In this document: positions 1 to 42,335 of the stretch, in pieces | How the letters are laid out: the number at the start of each line of letters is the position of its first letter | How positions within the stretch are numbered: position 1 is the stretch's first letter | Assembly: GCF_964204865.1 (NCBI RefSeq) | Contig: NC_135252.1 | Coordinates: forward strand, 25,482,001-25,546,000 | Direction of reading: 5' to 3' | Length of the DNA stretch: 64,000 nucleotides | Origin: Styela clava | Taxonomy: Eukaryota | Program-made: the position numbers and the translations under genes | Notes under the pieces: model-generated | Databases searched by the model: none | Told to the model about the DNA's origin: nothing | The model's input: the letters and a program-made list of their open reading frames with translations, nothing else

Positions 1-141
1 CTGAATAATAATCTGTTGCTATTTTATTATCGCTGCAACATTGAATTTTTAGGTAAAATAAGGATAAATTAGGTAACGTTTATTATTTAGGAAAAACGTT
101 ATTACGAATGCAAAATTTGAATGATCTGACTTATCCTAGTT

Positions 142-443
142 CACCGGTTTTCAACCAGTGGGCCATGCCTTACTGCTGGGCCGCAGAAACATTTTCAGGT
201 GGACCCTAAACCTATTAAAAATTGCGTTGAAGTTGAATTGAAATTGAGTTATTCAAAAATTTACCTCCGATTGCGTCACTACGGGTAATTCTTTACTGTA
301 GTTATAATTATTGAAGTGAGAGTATCTATTTTTGACAGAAGTGTTATTTATTTCTTTTAGTTTTCCTCTTGCATATGAAAGTCGCAGAATTTTTAGGCAA
401 CAACAAAAATGGGCCACGAAATATAAGAGGTTCAGAACCACAG
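142..443. mobile_element. Degenerate hAT-like MITE
   Basis: GGTTTTCAACC ... GGTTCAGAACC imperfect TIRs with GGGCC subterminal motifs. Confidence 0.4.
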
Positions 444-972
444 TCCCAATTCAAGATAAACGTAATCGATGAAAACGAATGAGAAAAATCAGTATTTTCG
501 TTTTCTTTGATTCTATTTATCCACGGTTTGGATAATAAAGATAAGTCACTACCCTTCGTTCAAATTATCCGCGCCTGAACTATGATAAACAAAAGTAACA
601 GATAGGGATAAGAAAATCAGTGTTCGGCAATAACATAATAGTACAGCCAACCCATGATAAAAAGTGAACAAAAATGGGGAAGGCACTCTCCGTTCGACTA
701 ACACCCTTCTATTAGTAATCTAACCTGATCTTGGTTTAAACAAACAAACATAATCCACCAATGTTTGTTATTTTAAGAGATTGAATGAACGCAAATCTAG
801 CTTGTCAATGAATTTTATCTGATAATTCAGTTGAACAATGGAGATAGTGAGATATGAAACATTACCGGTGTGAGCGAAATTAGCAGCGGAAAGTTAGCAA
901 TGGTTCGTCAGTATCGCTGATTTAACAACATTTTTTTAAACGCACTTTTGCAGCATTTGCAGTGAGGCATAA

Positions 973-1238
973 GTTTTAACGCCTTTACCAACAACCTTTC
1001 GCTCTATTCTTGAATGATTTGCTGAAAATTAATATTCCTTTCACCAAATGACTCAACCGAGATACATGAAAATGAGCGCTTGCATAACTTCAAGAGCCAA
1101 GTAAGTCTGTAGAGATATTATTCAAGATATTGTTAGACATCAGTGGCTACTTTTGCAGTCTTGTTCGGAGAAAGGGCACAAGTGAGCGTTGTATTACGTC
1201 ATTTTACAAAACAAAAATTTGGTCTGGCTACGCTCTTG
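973..1238 (+). repeat. Dispersed repeat (transposon end fragment), second copy at 4357-4653
   Basis: Shared TCAACCGAGATA.ATGAAAATG, AAGTAAGTCTGTAG, CAGTGGCTACTTTT and terminal CTGGCTACGCTCTTG. Confidence 0.7.
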
Positions 1239-1689
1239 GTATCGAGCTGTAGCAAGAGTGAAGATCACCATTCCATGCAATTCAAGTGTGCAGTGAGACT
1301 CCTGAATCACTTAGAATCAAAAGTGTTCATCTTATTACGGCAAAAACAGAACAGAGCTACACCACTTGACCAATTCCGAGTTTATATTCCTTTCCTGAGT
1401 TGTATTTTCTCACTTATCTCATAAGTAATTTTGAGTTACATTTTTAACAGCGGATTGGTTATTAGAGTGACTTCCTCCATAGGAGGCTATTACACTGCAA
1501 TATAGTGGATTCTTACGTAACGCACAGCTAAAACTCTCTTGAGTAATGCCGCGGACTTTCCATATTCAACTCACATCTACGTTCGAGTACATTTCTAACA
1601 CGTACAAGGTTTGTTCGAAGTTCGAATAAAAATATAAATTTCCAGCGCAATCTGCATTCCTAACCTTAACCAAAATCCTAACTGAATAA

Positions 1690-3000
1690 TTGGACACGTA
1701 GTGGACATAACGATCGTTTCAATATTATGTTGTTGTTGTTCTTGTTCTTGTTCTTGTTCTTTGACACGTTTTTAAAAAGTCGCTTTTCTCTTCGAATACT
1801 GGACCAATTGCTTTGAATTTTTCAGTGGTTAAAGATTAATTTTTTCGCTAGAAGGCTATTACTTTTGTTTATTCTTAAATTTTATATGAATCCTATGAGA
1901 TATGATATTTCATACAAAATTTCGTGGTATTTATTTTTACTCATGGGAACACTGTTTTACACTTATTTCAAGCGGTTTCGCGATCGATTGTCTTGCTCAG
2001 TACTACAGCTACTGTAGGTCGGTACTGGTAAGTTGCCATACCGGTAGGTACCGTAACGCAGTGAAATTGACTTATTCCTTCCGCGGTATTACTAATGCTG
2101 CAATGCAAGTTTTATAGCCTATCGTATGCGGAACGGAATATCAGACCTACAGGTTCGGTACTGGTAGCTCAGTACGTAAGTACGAAACTGGTACTGGTGC
2201 CGGTGTCTTACCACAATGAAATTACCGTAACTTATTCTTTCACGGTCCTACCAGTGCAGTAATGCAGTAATGCAAGCGTTGTAGCACTTGTAGCCTACTA
2301 TATTTGTTTATTTTGATGAGAGTCTACTGGAAACAACATACAATTTGAAAGGGAAGAATTGTTCTGTGATCAATTATCTGTCCTAAAGTGTAAACAACAT
2401 AAAATTTGCAAGGGAACAACTGTTCTGTGATCAATTACCGTATATGGCCTACAGTGTACAGGTAAGATGCTGGCTGACTGCTAACCGGTACTGGTAGCTC
2501 AGTACGTAAGTACGGTACTGGTGCCGGTACCGGTGTCTTACCACAATGAAATTACCGTAACTTATTCTTTCACGGTCCTACCAGTGCAGTAATGCAAGCG
2601 TTGTAGCACTTGTAGCCTACTATATTTGTTTATTTTGATGAGAGTCTACTGGAAACAACATAAAATTTGAAAGGGAAGAATTGTTCTGTGATCAATTATC
2701 TGTCCTAAAGTGTAAACAACATAAAATTTGCAAGGGAACAACTGTTCTGTGATCAATTACCGTATATGGCCTACAGTGAACAGGTAAGATGCTGCCTGAC
2801 TGCTAACTCAGTACCGCTTTTAAAAAGTCACGTTTTTAAAAAGTCGCTTTTCTCTTCGAATACTGGACCAATTGCTTTGAAATTTTTAGTGGTTAAAGAT
2901 AAAAATTTTCTCCAGAAGGCTATTACTTTTTTTTTCGCTATGACGTCATCAAAATTATGTGACTCTACGTGTCCATATATTTGAGCATAGCTCTCTTGTT
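1690..3000 (+). mobile_element. Helentron-associated (HINE/DINE-1-like) non-autonomous element with internal tandem repeats
   Basis: Subterminal inverted repeat TGGACACGTAG (1691) / CTACGTGTCCA (2965), (CTTGTT)n microsatellite, internal repeats, 3' hairpin GAGC-ATA-GCTC then CTTGTT; the same 3' end recurs inverted at 15175-15206. Confidence 0.65.
2157..2807. repeat. Tandem duplication, unit about 330 bp, with an internal repeat of about 63 bp
   Basis: 2157-2486 is near-identical to 2487-2807. Confidence 0.92.
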
Positions 3001-3140
3001 ACTAATGTTATTATCGTTGGCGAGTGTTTTTTTGGCAGAGGCTTTGTACAAAAAGATCTGAATTTTTAAAGCAGCTAAATAAATCTCTGCAAAACTGCTC
3101 ATTCAAGTCAGCTCAATCGGCAATCTGAGCGTTCACCATA

Positions 3141-4035
3141 TCACGACAAAAACAGAACAAATAAGCTCAACGTAGTATTAGAATTTTGGCCACTCGAGAT
3201 GTGTGTGTACCAATATGGCGGTAACTAATTTTGTTCGCCTACTTTACATCTAGATGTGCAAATGGACTGAAATCTATGGGCAGGAGTATATTGACTTGCT
3301 AAGACAGACAATTCCCGAACTCGTAATAGAACTTAAATAAGGAAAATCGGAATAAAATTATGGCGTAGCACTAATCTTGTACATACATTACGGAAGTACC
3401 GAATTCTGAATACCTCATTGTGTGAAGTCTACTAGTGCTACCAGTCATCTATACAGATATACAGACGAATTTTACGGCTGCAACATAATATCTATTAAAA
3501 CGCGCTTCCTCCAATTTTGTTACGGTCTTGCCACGGCAAAAACAGAAAAAAAAATAAGACATGTAGTAGGGTATTAAAATTTGTAATACCTCATTGCGCA
3601 AAGTGCTACCAGTCAACTATAGAGACATGCGGACGAATTTTAGGGCTGTGACATACCGTCTATCGAAACGCGCTTAATTGAATTTTGTTGCGACCTTGTC
3701 ACGCCAAAAGCAGAACAAATAAGACATATTGTAGAGTATTAGAATTTGGAATACCTCATTGTGCGAAGTCTACTAGTGCTACGAGTCAACTATACAGATA
3801 TATAGACGAATTTTACGGATGTGACCCAACGCCTATCAAAACGCGCTTTTCTTGAACTATGTTACGGCTTTATCACGGCAAAACAGGACAAAACAGAACA
3901 AATTGAACAACGAAGTACAGTAGTAGAATTTGAAATATCGTATTACGCAAAGTGGTACTAGTAAAGTAAATTATACAAACGAATTTTTATGGCTGCGACA
4001 TAACATCTATCAAAACGCACTTCCTTGAATTTTGC
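3141..4035. repeat. Diverged tandem array, unit about 170-180 bp, 4+ copies, interrupted by a MITE
   Basis: AATACCTCATTG...GACGAATTTTACGG...AAAACGCGCTT recurs from about 3408, 3585, 3750 and 3933; a partial unit precedes the MITE. Confidence 0.85.
3188..3400 (+). mobile_element. GG..CC-terminated MITE, long form
   Basis: GTGTGTGTACCAATATGGCGGTAACTAATTTTGTTCGCCT family; flanked by GAATTTT(G)/GAATTCT(G). Confidence 0.75.
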
Positions 4036-6504
4036 TTCAACCTATTCAACCCGCAATTAAACTTAAAATACCTTTCGACAATCCTAAATTATACTTCTAA
4101 CATCGAACACCTGAACAAGACCATCAAGATAATGAAGCGATATAGGGCGGAAGGAACGCCGTCTAACACGTTTCACTTATACCCCGAGGGGAAGAGACGG
4201 TCGTTCGCTGTTGAAAAAAGCGACTGATTTTTTGAATTTTTGTGTAACTAGTAGCCTGAGTAATAAAAGATTTTATCTGGCCGTTAATACGGTATTCTCA
4301 CACGATGGCGTGAAATTTAGTTTTTGAAATGCAGTGAGACATAAATTCATTCGCCTTTTTCAACGCCATTTTCCTTCATTCTTGAACGATTTACTGAAAA
4401 CTGACTTTCTGATTTGCTATCTATAATTCTTTAACCAAATAAATCAACCGAGATAGATGAAAATGCGCGCTTATACCTTGGATAACTTCGACTCCAAAGT
4501 AAGTCTGTAGGAAGATTCTAAATAATGTTAGATATCAGTGGCTACTTTTATCAGGCCTCATTTGAAGAAAAAGAACGAGTAAACGTCGTATTACATTGAT
4601 ATACAAAAATGTTTTTTCTCGCCCCCTAAAATTTTAGCCTGGCTACGCTCTTGCCGCCAGGAAACCCTCAATTCCCCAAAAACGTGGAAATTGTCCATCG
4701 GTTCAGAACCCCTGAGATAGACGAATTGGACGGTCATTTCATAAGTTTCTTACCAATTGTGATGGTTAAATAGCCAGAGCAATAATGGAGTGTTACGTTT
4801 CATTCGAATACAACACGAGTGCGCAATATTCAAGTGCGTCCATTGATTAATATGAAACGTAAGGCCGATTTTTCTTCCGAAATCGAACACAGCAAACTTC
4901 TACAGCGTTCCGCAAAGTATACGTTTTGCTCTCCGAGGTAATATGACATCATTATTCTTGATGAGTTGAACAATGAACCATGGCAACCGCATTTTTTCAT
5001 AAGAACAAGCATAGCAACTAATTATGACGTAATTAATGAGTGATAATAGCCCGGCGTTTATAATCAATTAGCAATGTTTATGACGTAAATAATATAAACA
5101 AAAAACAATCGTGCTGATATTTATACTGCAATGCTCTGAGTCAGATTAATTTTTAAACGGAACAAAACACAGGACACAGCAAGTACACGAATAACACTAG
5201 TCCCAACCAAAGCTACCTAAGGTGCGGAACTGCGCCATTGCGCACGAACACCAGGACATTTGCGCAGTAAAATCTCATTCGCGTGCACTTAAAACATTAC
5301 ATCTATGCATTGCTCTCATATTTTCTAAATCCTAGATAGAATGCACCGTGTAGTTTGGTCGGGTATTTTCAGTCGAACCTACAATGCCAGCGCTGGTCGG
5401 TGTCGCATTTCAAGAAGCTATTTTAGTTGAGTGTGTACTTTGTTCGTATCCTGCTAATGGAATTTTACAAAGTTTGTAAATTATTCAAGACTCTGCTCAT
5501 CATCAAAATTTTCAGGCTCAATAAAACAAACATTTGCCATGCAATTTAACATTTTTTTAACGGGAAGACTAGTCCTCCCTGATAAAGAGGAATGTTGGTC
5601 GAGAAGAGTGACTGATATGTGTAGTACAAAGCCACTTCCGAATAGCGAGCGCTTGGCAATTCCTGATATTTCTGGAAAACATAATTTCATGATATGCTGC
5701 CTTGCCTTGCGCAAGACTCTCGTATTATTGAAGTTACTTTAACCCAAGTATCTCTGCATTTTGTTTGTCTGTTTACTTTTTGTGTTGTTCATGTCAGAGA
5801 ACCGAAATAAAATGATTGATTGAGCCGTGCTTTTGTATTCAGTCATAAGGTAATACAATTAAAGGGAAATTCATTAATTTTTCTTGTCTCTGCCAGATTG
5901 TGCCTTGTGCAATCTGATTCGCCTGGAGATAATTGGAAATATCCGACAAATGGCGCTGTGTTTTCCAGTCAAAAAGGAACGAGCGGTAGCGATTACGTTT
6001 CAGGATATCAATGACAATCTACCCATGGTTTGGAGTTGATGCAAAATTGTATTTGAAACGAATAGATATGATGGGAAAAAGTAGATCGTGTGTCACCTGT
6101 GCCATATAGCGGATCACGGAAACCGCGAGGTAGAATTTGGTGAATAAATTTGATGTCTATTGAATGAGTAAAATGGTGAACCATGTCTTCACAACACTAC
6201 TTATCCGTGCATTTCGTATGGCGCAGTACATGAATATTCATATTGGTATGCGATGCCATGTGTTTTTTTGTATATCCCAGAAAATGGAAGATCTTCAAAA
6301 TATGATCTGGTTCGGAGTAATTTGTCTAGATGCTGTTCCGCTTAAGTGTTAAAGTATTGCTGCGTTCTTACGACATCGCATCACGACAATCAAAGTCCAA
6401 AAGCACGTTACTCATAGTTAAATATGGCTAAATAACTTCAATATTGTTCCAATTCTGCATTCAGTGATTTGTTTACCTTTCAGGCGGAATACTTCGTTCA
6501 CTTC

Positions 6505-6797
6505 TATCATGGGCAAACTACAACCGGCGGGCAAATCCGGTCACTAGGGTAATTCAATCTGGCCCACCTGATGTGCCACTACCAAACTTAAACCAATTTT
6601 TGATGTTTCAGCTAAATAAAAAGAATTTGCTGAGATTGTGATTTAGTTTGAGCACGAGGTTTATCGTTTTCCACTTTTGCAACACTGTAAAATATTGCTC
6701 CTAAAATGAAACTTTTTACGTCACATTCGCATGGCCCGCCAGTTTATGTGGGCAAAATTTTTGGCCCCTGGCCCGAAAACCTCGCCCACCACCGGCC
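6505..6797 (+). mobile_element. hAT-like MITE, same family as 61090-61370
   Basis: CATGGGCAAACT...CAATCTGG.CC.CCT...CCCTGG.CC.AAAACCT.GCCCACC shared over about 280 bp. Confidence 0.7.
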
Positions 6798-6849
6798 CAG
6801 ATGTTAAAAACATGACAAGCCTGGCGCGAACTAAACTGTTGTTACTGTT

Positions 6850-7556
6850 TTACAAAACCCCCTTAATAAAATGCGCAATTGTTGTTCTAGCCCAGTTACA
6901 GATTTTCCTGGTGGAGTTCTTTATTCTACTCTTGTCACTTTCTTCCATGAAGTTTGAATTATTGTGATAAGCTGATACGACTTGAACAGTGCTTAGAGAT
7001 GAACTGGCATCGCTCCTCTAGGTAAGCATGGAAGCAGATAAAACTAAGAACAGTTCAGTCATATTCTTGAAGCTATAAATTCCAAACATGCTGTAACGAT
7101 AGAGAGCCCCCTTGTATCTCATATAACTAGGCGGGCTTGGCGCACCGTGCACGTCTGATTACCCTGCGTGGGTCAGCAGGTTCGAATCCCGTGCGAGGGA
7201 TTACTGGACTGCTCGCCGCCGTTGGGTGGTTCACGTAACCGCTGGTCGGTTACGGCTTCCTCCACCACAAAGTTCATCCATCTGAAAACAAATAACTGGC
7301 TAACTAATCTCATACCCGACATGGACTGGTAGCCGGACGCGACGCCGTGGTTCGCCATAATCGGCTTTTTTCTCCCCCGGGTTAAATATGTAAATCCTGT
7401 CTTATCCTCAACTAGCCGTCGTCGTATCGATTTTCCATTTAGCAAACTCACCACCAGATGTCAGCAACACACGTAGATTGTCACAAACTCACCGATTGAA
7501 AATAAAATCACAAAAATAATCAGGAACAAGAATAATAAAGGTGTGGAAAGTATCAT
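6850..7556 (-). pseudogene. Candidate two-exon small secreted peptide gene with an internal stop
   Basis: Exon 7493-7556 encodes MILSTPLLFLFLIIFVILFSI with a G|GTGAGT donor; exon 6850-7043 continues in phase, with one TAG at 7018-7020. Confidence 0.4.
7141..7408 (+). mobile_element. 5'-truncated or diverged copy of the same SINE
   Basis: CAGGTTCGAATCCC B box, shared body GGTTCACGTAACCGCTGGTCGGTTACGGCTTCC, ends ATGTAAATCCT; left boundary approximate. Confidence 0.8.
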
Positions 7557-7865
7557 AGTGCCAAGCTTGGCTCGAATATGAAAACAATATACTGTGTGAC
7601 ACCACACTACCAAAGTGTGACATCATAATATCATTTATCGCCAGAATACAATACTCGTTCTTGAATAAAATTTTAGCCACAAAGTTGTCTCAAACTTGTC
7701 GCTCTATAGCTTTCCATGTGGCTGGCAATATAAATGAATGATGTAACGTTCATGACACCGGGTGCTTGGTCAGACCCTTGTTCAAGAAGAAATACTCTGA
7801 TAATACAAAATACCAATTCAAGTTGGGGGTAGTTTTAGTATGGTGCTGGAATATGATTGAAATAA

Positions 7866-8055
7866 GAGTACTCCTGTAGTATGTGTACCAGGTTAGGGTT
7901 AGGCCATAATTTCTTTCCAATTTTAGTTCTATTACGAGTTCACTGACTGTGTTAGCCAAGTGAATATAGGTTTCAATCCATTTACACAACTTGATGTGAC
8001 AAAGGCGAACAAAATTAGTTACTTCCATATTGCAACACGCACTTCTGAGAGCGCC
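7866..8055 (-). mobile_element. GG..CC-terminated MITE, long form
   Basis: Inverted copy of 3188-3400 and 12624-12837. Confidence 0.75.
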
Positions 8056-9428
8056 TAAATAGGAACTGGTATATTATTCCCGAAATTATGGCATACACAT
8101 GATCGAGCAGATAGATATGTAAATTCCATCCCAAATACAAGATATCAAAACCTATGGAAAGAAAAGATCTTGCGCTAGCCTCGATTATGAAAGATGGAAT
8201 TCGTGATATAACGTTCGGGCCAAATCTGACACAGTGATACTTCCCACATAATAATGAGGTAACAACGGAGATACAGAGAAGAATAATGCAGGTTGTCACA
8301 GGGACTGACATGGAATAGTTCTAAAGTGGTGACGTCATAACACTGATGACGTCATTGACAATAATAAAATACAACTCCAGAACACATAGGTTGGTAAATC
8401 ATTTGATAATTTGCAGCATACTCAGGAGGTATTGAGTGACTAAATACTTTTTTTTTCAAATTTTCAAAACTTTGTTAAACCAAAAAAAGTGTTACCTCTC
8501 ATGGTGATGGGAATTTAGTGATGTCATAGCTGATGATGTCACTGACATTGAAAAAAAAATTCTCCAAAAAACGCATGGAATTTACTGGGATGCAGCTTGG
8601 AGATACATGGCAAGTAATGGATTGTTCAGATATTTTGAATTTCAAGTCGGGAAAAAGTTTACAAATGATAGTAAATGATATTCAACATTTGGCCCACTAG
8701 TGGAATATGTTGAGACAGTCAATAGAATTGGTGGGCAATTATAGTAACGAGAAACACACTAGAATATGCAACATTCAAAATTAGAAAAAATTACAAATTG
8801 TTTTATACAATCAGTGTTAGATCGGATCAGATGATTTTAAAACAATAAGGAATTCTCAAGCAATTTTCATTAGGAGACACATACTCAGAGTTTGGTATTC
8901 TAAATTATGAACTTATTCATTGAAATTTCAGATCAGATAAGATTTCAGAGTTGATTGAACAAGTATTTGACGAATTATTCAATTTGATAAAGCTTATGAA
9001 ATACATGTTCATATATTTCCCAAGTTCCTTTCGCCATGCATACCAATTAGGAATTTCATGAAAACAATCACTTTGCTTTATAATTATTTGACATTTGAAT
9101 TTCCATACTGACTAAAATATGTCTAATGACATCATACCGTTCCGAAGTTTGATTATCAAATATTTGTCAATTAATATTAAATTATAACATATACCAGGAT
9201 ACAAGTTGAATCACTATTTTACAGTAATCAGTTAAAAGTCAAATAACAGGCTGCCAACTGCTCACATTATCAAGTCTCACATTACGCTGCATTCACTGCA
9301 CCATTATTGTACAGTGGCTGTTTGCCGGTAACTTTGTTCACAGATGGGTCTCCATTACTTCAGAGTCAGCGAGCCACTAAATTCTCTATAATTTTAGTAG
9401 CTTTTGGCATTTCAGTGGGTCCTGTAAC

Positions 9429-9630
9429 CAACATTCCCTCTAAGCTGCCGGCTGGCCGAGATTCCCCGCGCAGTGCTTTCGTTCTGCTGCGCACTGGAGT
9501 TTATAAATAAATTCTGTGTTCGTTTAAATTTATTTTCTATTTTTTCTAATTTTCCGTGAAGACCTTTTTTTTTAGAGCTCACATGGCCTTCTATTCCACG
9601 CAACTAAGCAAGCTCTTAGAGGGAATGTTG
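9429..9630. mobile_element. hAT-type MITE downstream of the AGAP stop codon
   Basis: Perfect 16-bp TIR CAACATTCCCTCTAAG; degenerate 8-bp TSD CCTGTAAC/CCTGTGAG. Confidence 0.75.
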
Positions 9631-9833
9631 CCTGTGAGTTATCTAAGACACGAGTCTTTTAACTTCTGAGTGAGTGCAATTATCTTTTCCTTAAACTTTA
9701 TTCGTCCACCCCTACATGCTGGACGGGGTCACTTACGACAGGTAACTTTACATAGGTATAGTGCTTCTGAGGACGGTCATTGAATATATTACTGCATTAC
9801 ATTGCACACTAGGGGTTGCCAGAGAGTCCACCG

Positions 9834-41339
<31,506 letters not shown>

Positions 41340-41857
41340 TTTACATTAAAAACATTTCTAGAATAAATTACTTCATTTTATATAACACTGGAAATGAAAT
41401 AATAAAGGTTGGCTAGATATGTAGGAGGCTTGAGCGAAAATTATAAATATAATGTAATCTCGCCAAGCCAACTAAGGGGGCAGCTCATACGCGCATAACT
41501 AAATGATCGCACTAAAAGGACAATATTAGTGAATTTGAAGTATTTCGGGACACTTCCCACAATTAATAATAAAAAAAGTTTGTAAAGCAAAACAATAATT
41601 GTTATTATTTTCATTAATTCTCTTCTGCAATCATTTGATGCGATAAGTGCATACGGCGTGATACGATTTGAGTCGGCTTACATCCTCTTTTTATATAGCA
41701 TATTCATCGTTTTATTGCCGTTTTTAGGGAGTCGGTTTATATGCGAGATATACGAGATTTTCTCCAATTGTCAATATATAATACTAAATTCTGTAATGGT
41801 TTTGCTATTCGGACAATGGATAACATAATTTTTTAGCATTTCCAGAATACTCTAACG

Positions 41858-42335
41858 CAGTGTTCTTCAACCAGGTATACTGTATAACCAAGTGTATACC
41901 GGACCATAAGTTGGGTATACAACTGATAAAGGGTATACAAAGGGTGTACAGCCTAAGTCAGGGATTTTAAACTGTAATATATTAAATTATGACATATTCA
42001 AGCGGAGACAACAATGCAAATGCGTCTCACATGAAATATAAAATGTCCTCTGAACGAATAACCGACTTGAGCACATTGTTACATCAAAAATTATATAGAT
42101 AAAGCTATGCACTTCGTTTGGTTAACGTTGAAAATTTATTATTATAACTTGCGGACACTAGTCTATTAGATTACATGGTGATATTGCAGTATCGTCAGTT
42201 TTAGTTTTTTTACAATCTGTGCTTAAAATTTAATGTTTATTCAAGCCCTAAATAAACATTGGCATTTGTGAGGTATACAAAGTTCTTGAAAATTTGTAAA
42301 AGATATACCACGGTATAAAAGGTTGAAGAACACTG
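41858..42335. mobile_element. hAT (Charlie-like) MITE
   Basis: Perfect 15-bp TIR CAGTGTTCTTCAACC; TSD CTCTAACG/CTCTAATG; GTATAC subterminal repeats. Confidence 0.88.

Noticed and set aside
5539-6352. Short plus-strand ORFs and Cys/Trp-containing frames suggesting a decayed gene
   Set aside because: Multiple stops, no consistent splice model and no recognisable domain.
7173-7454. ORF similar to the one at 57891-58325 (MANHG...VTDQRLREPPN)
   Set aside because: The similarity comes from antisense translation of two copies of the same SINE.
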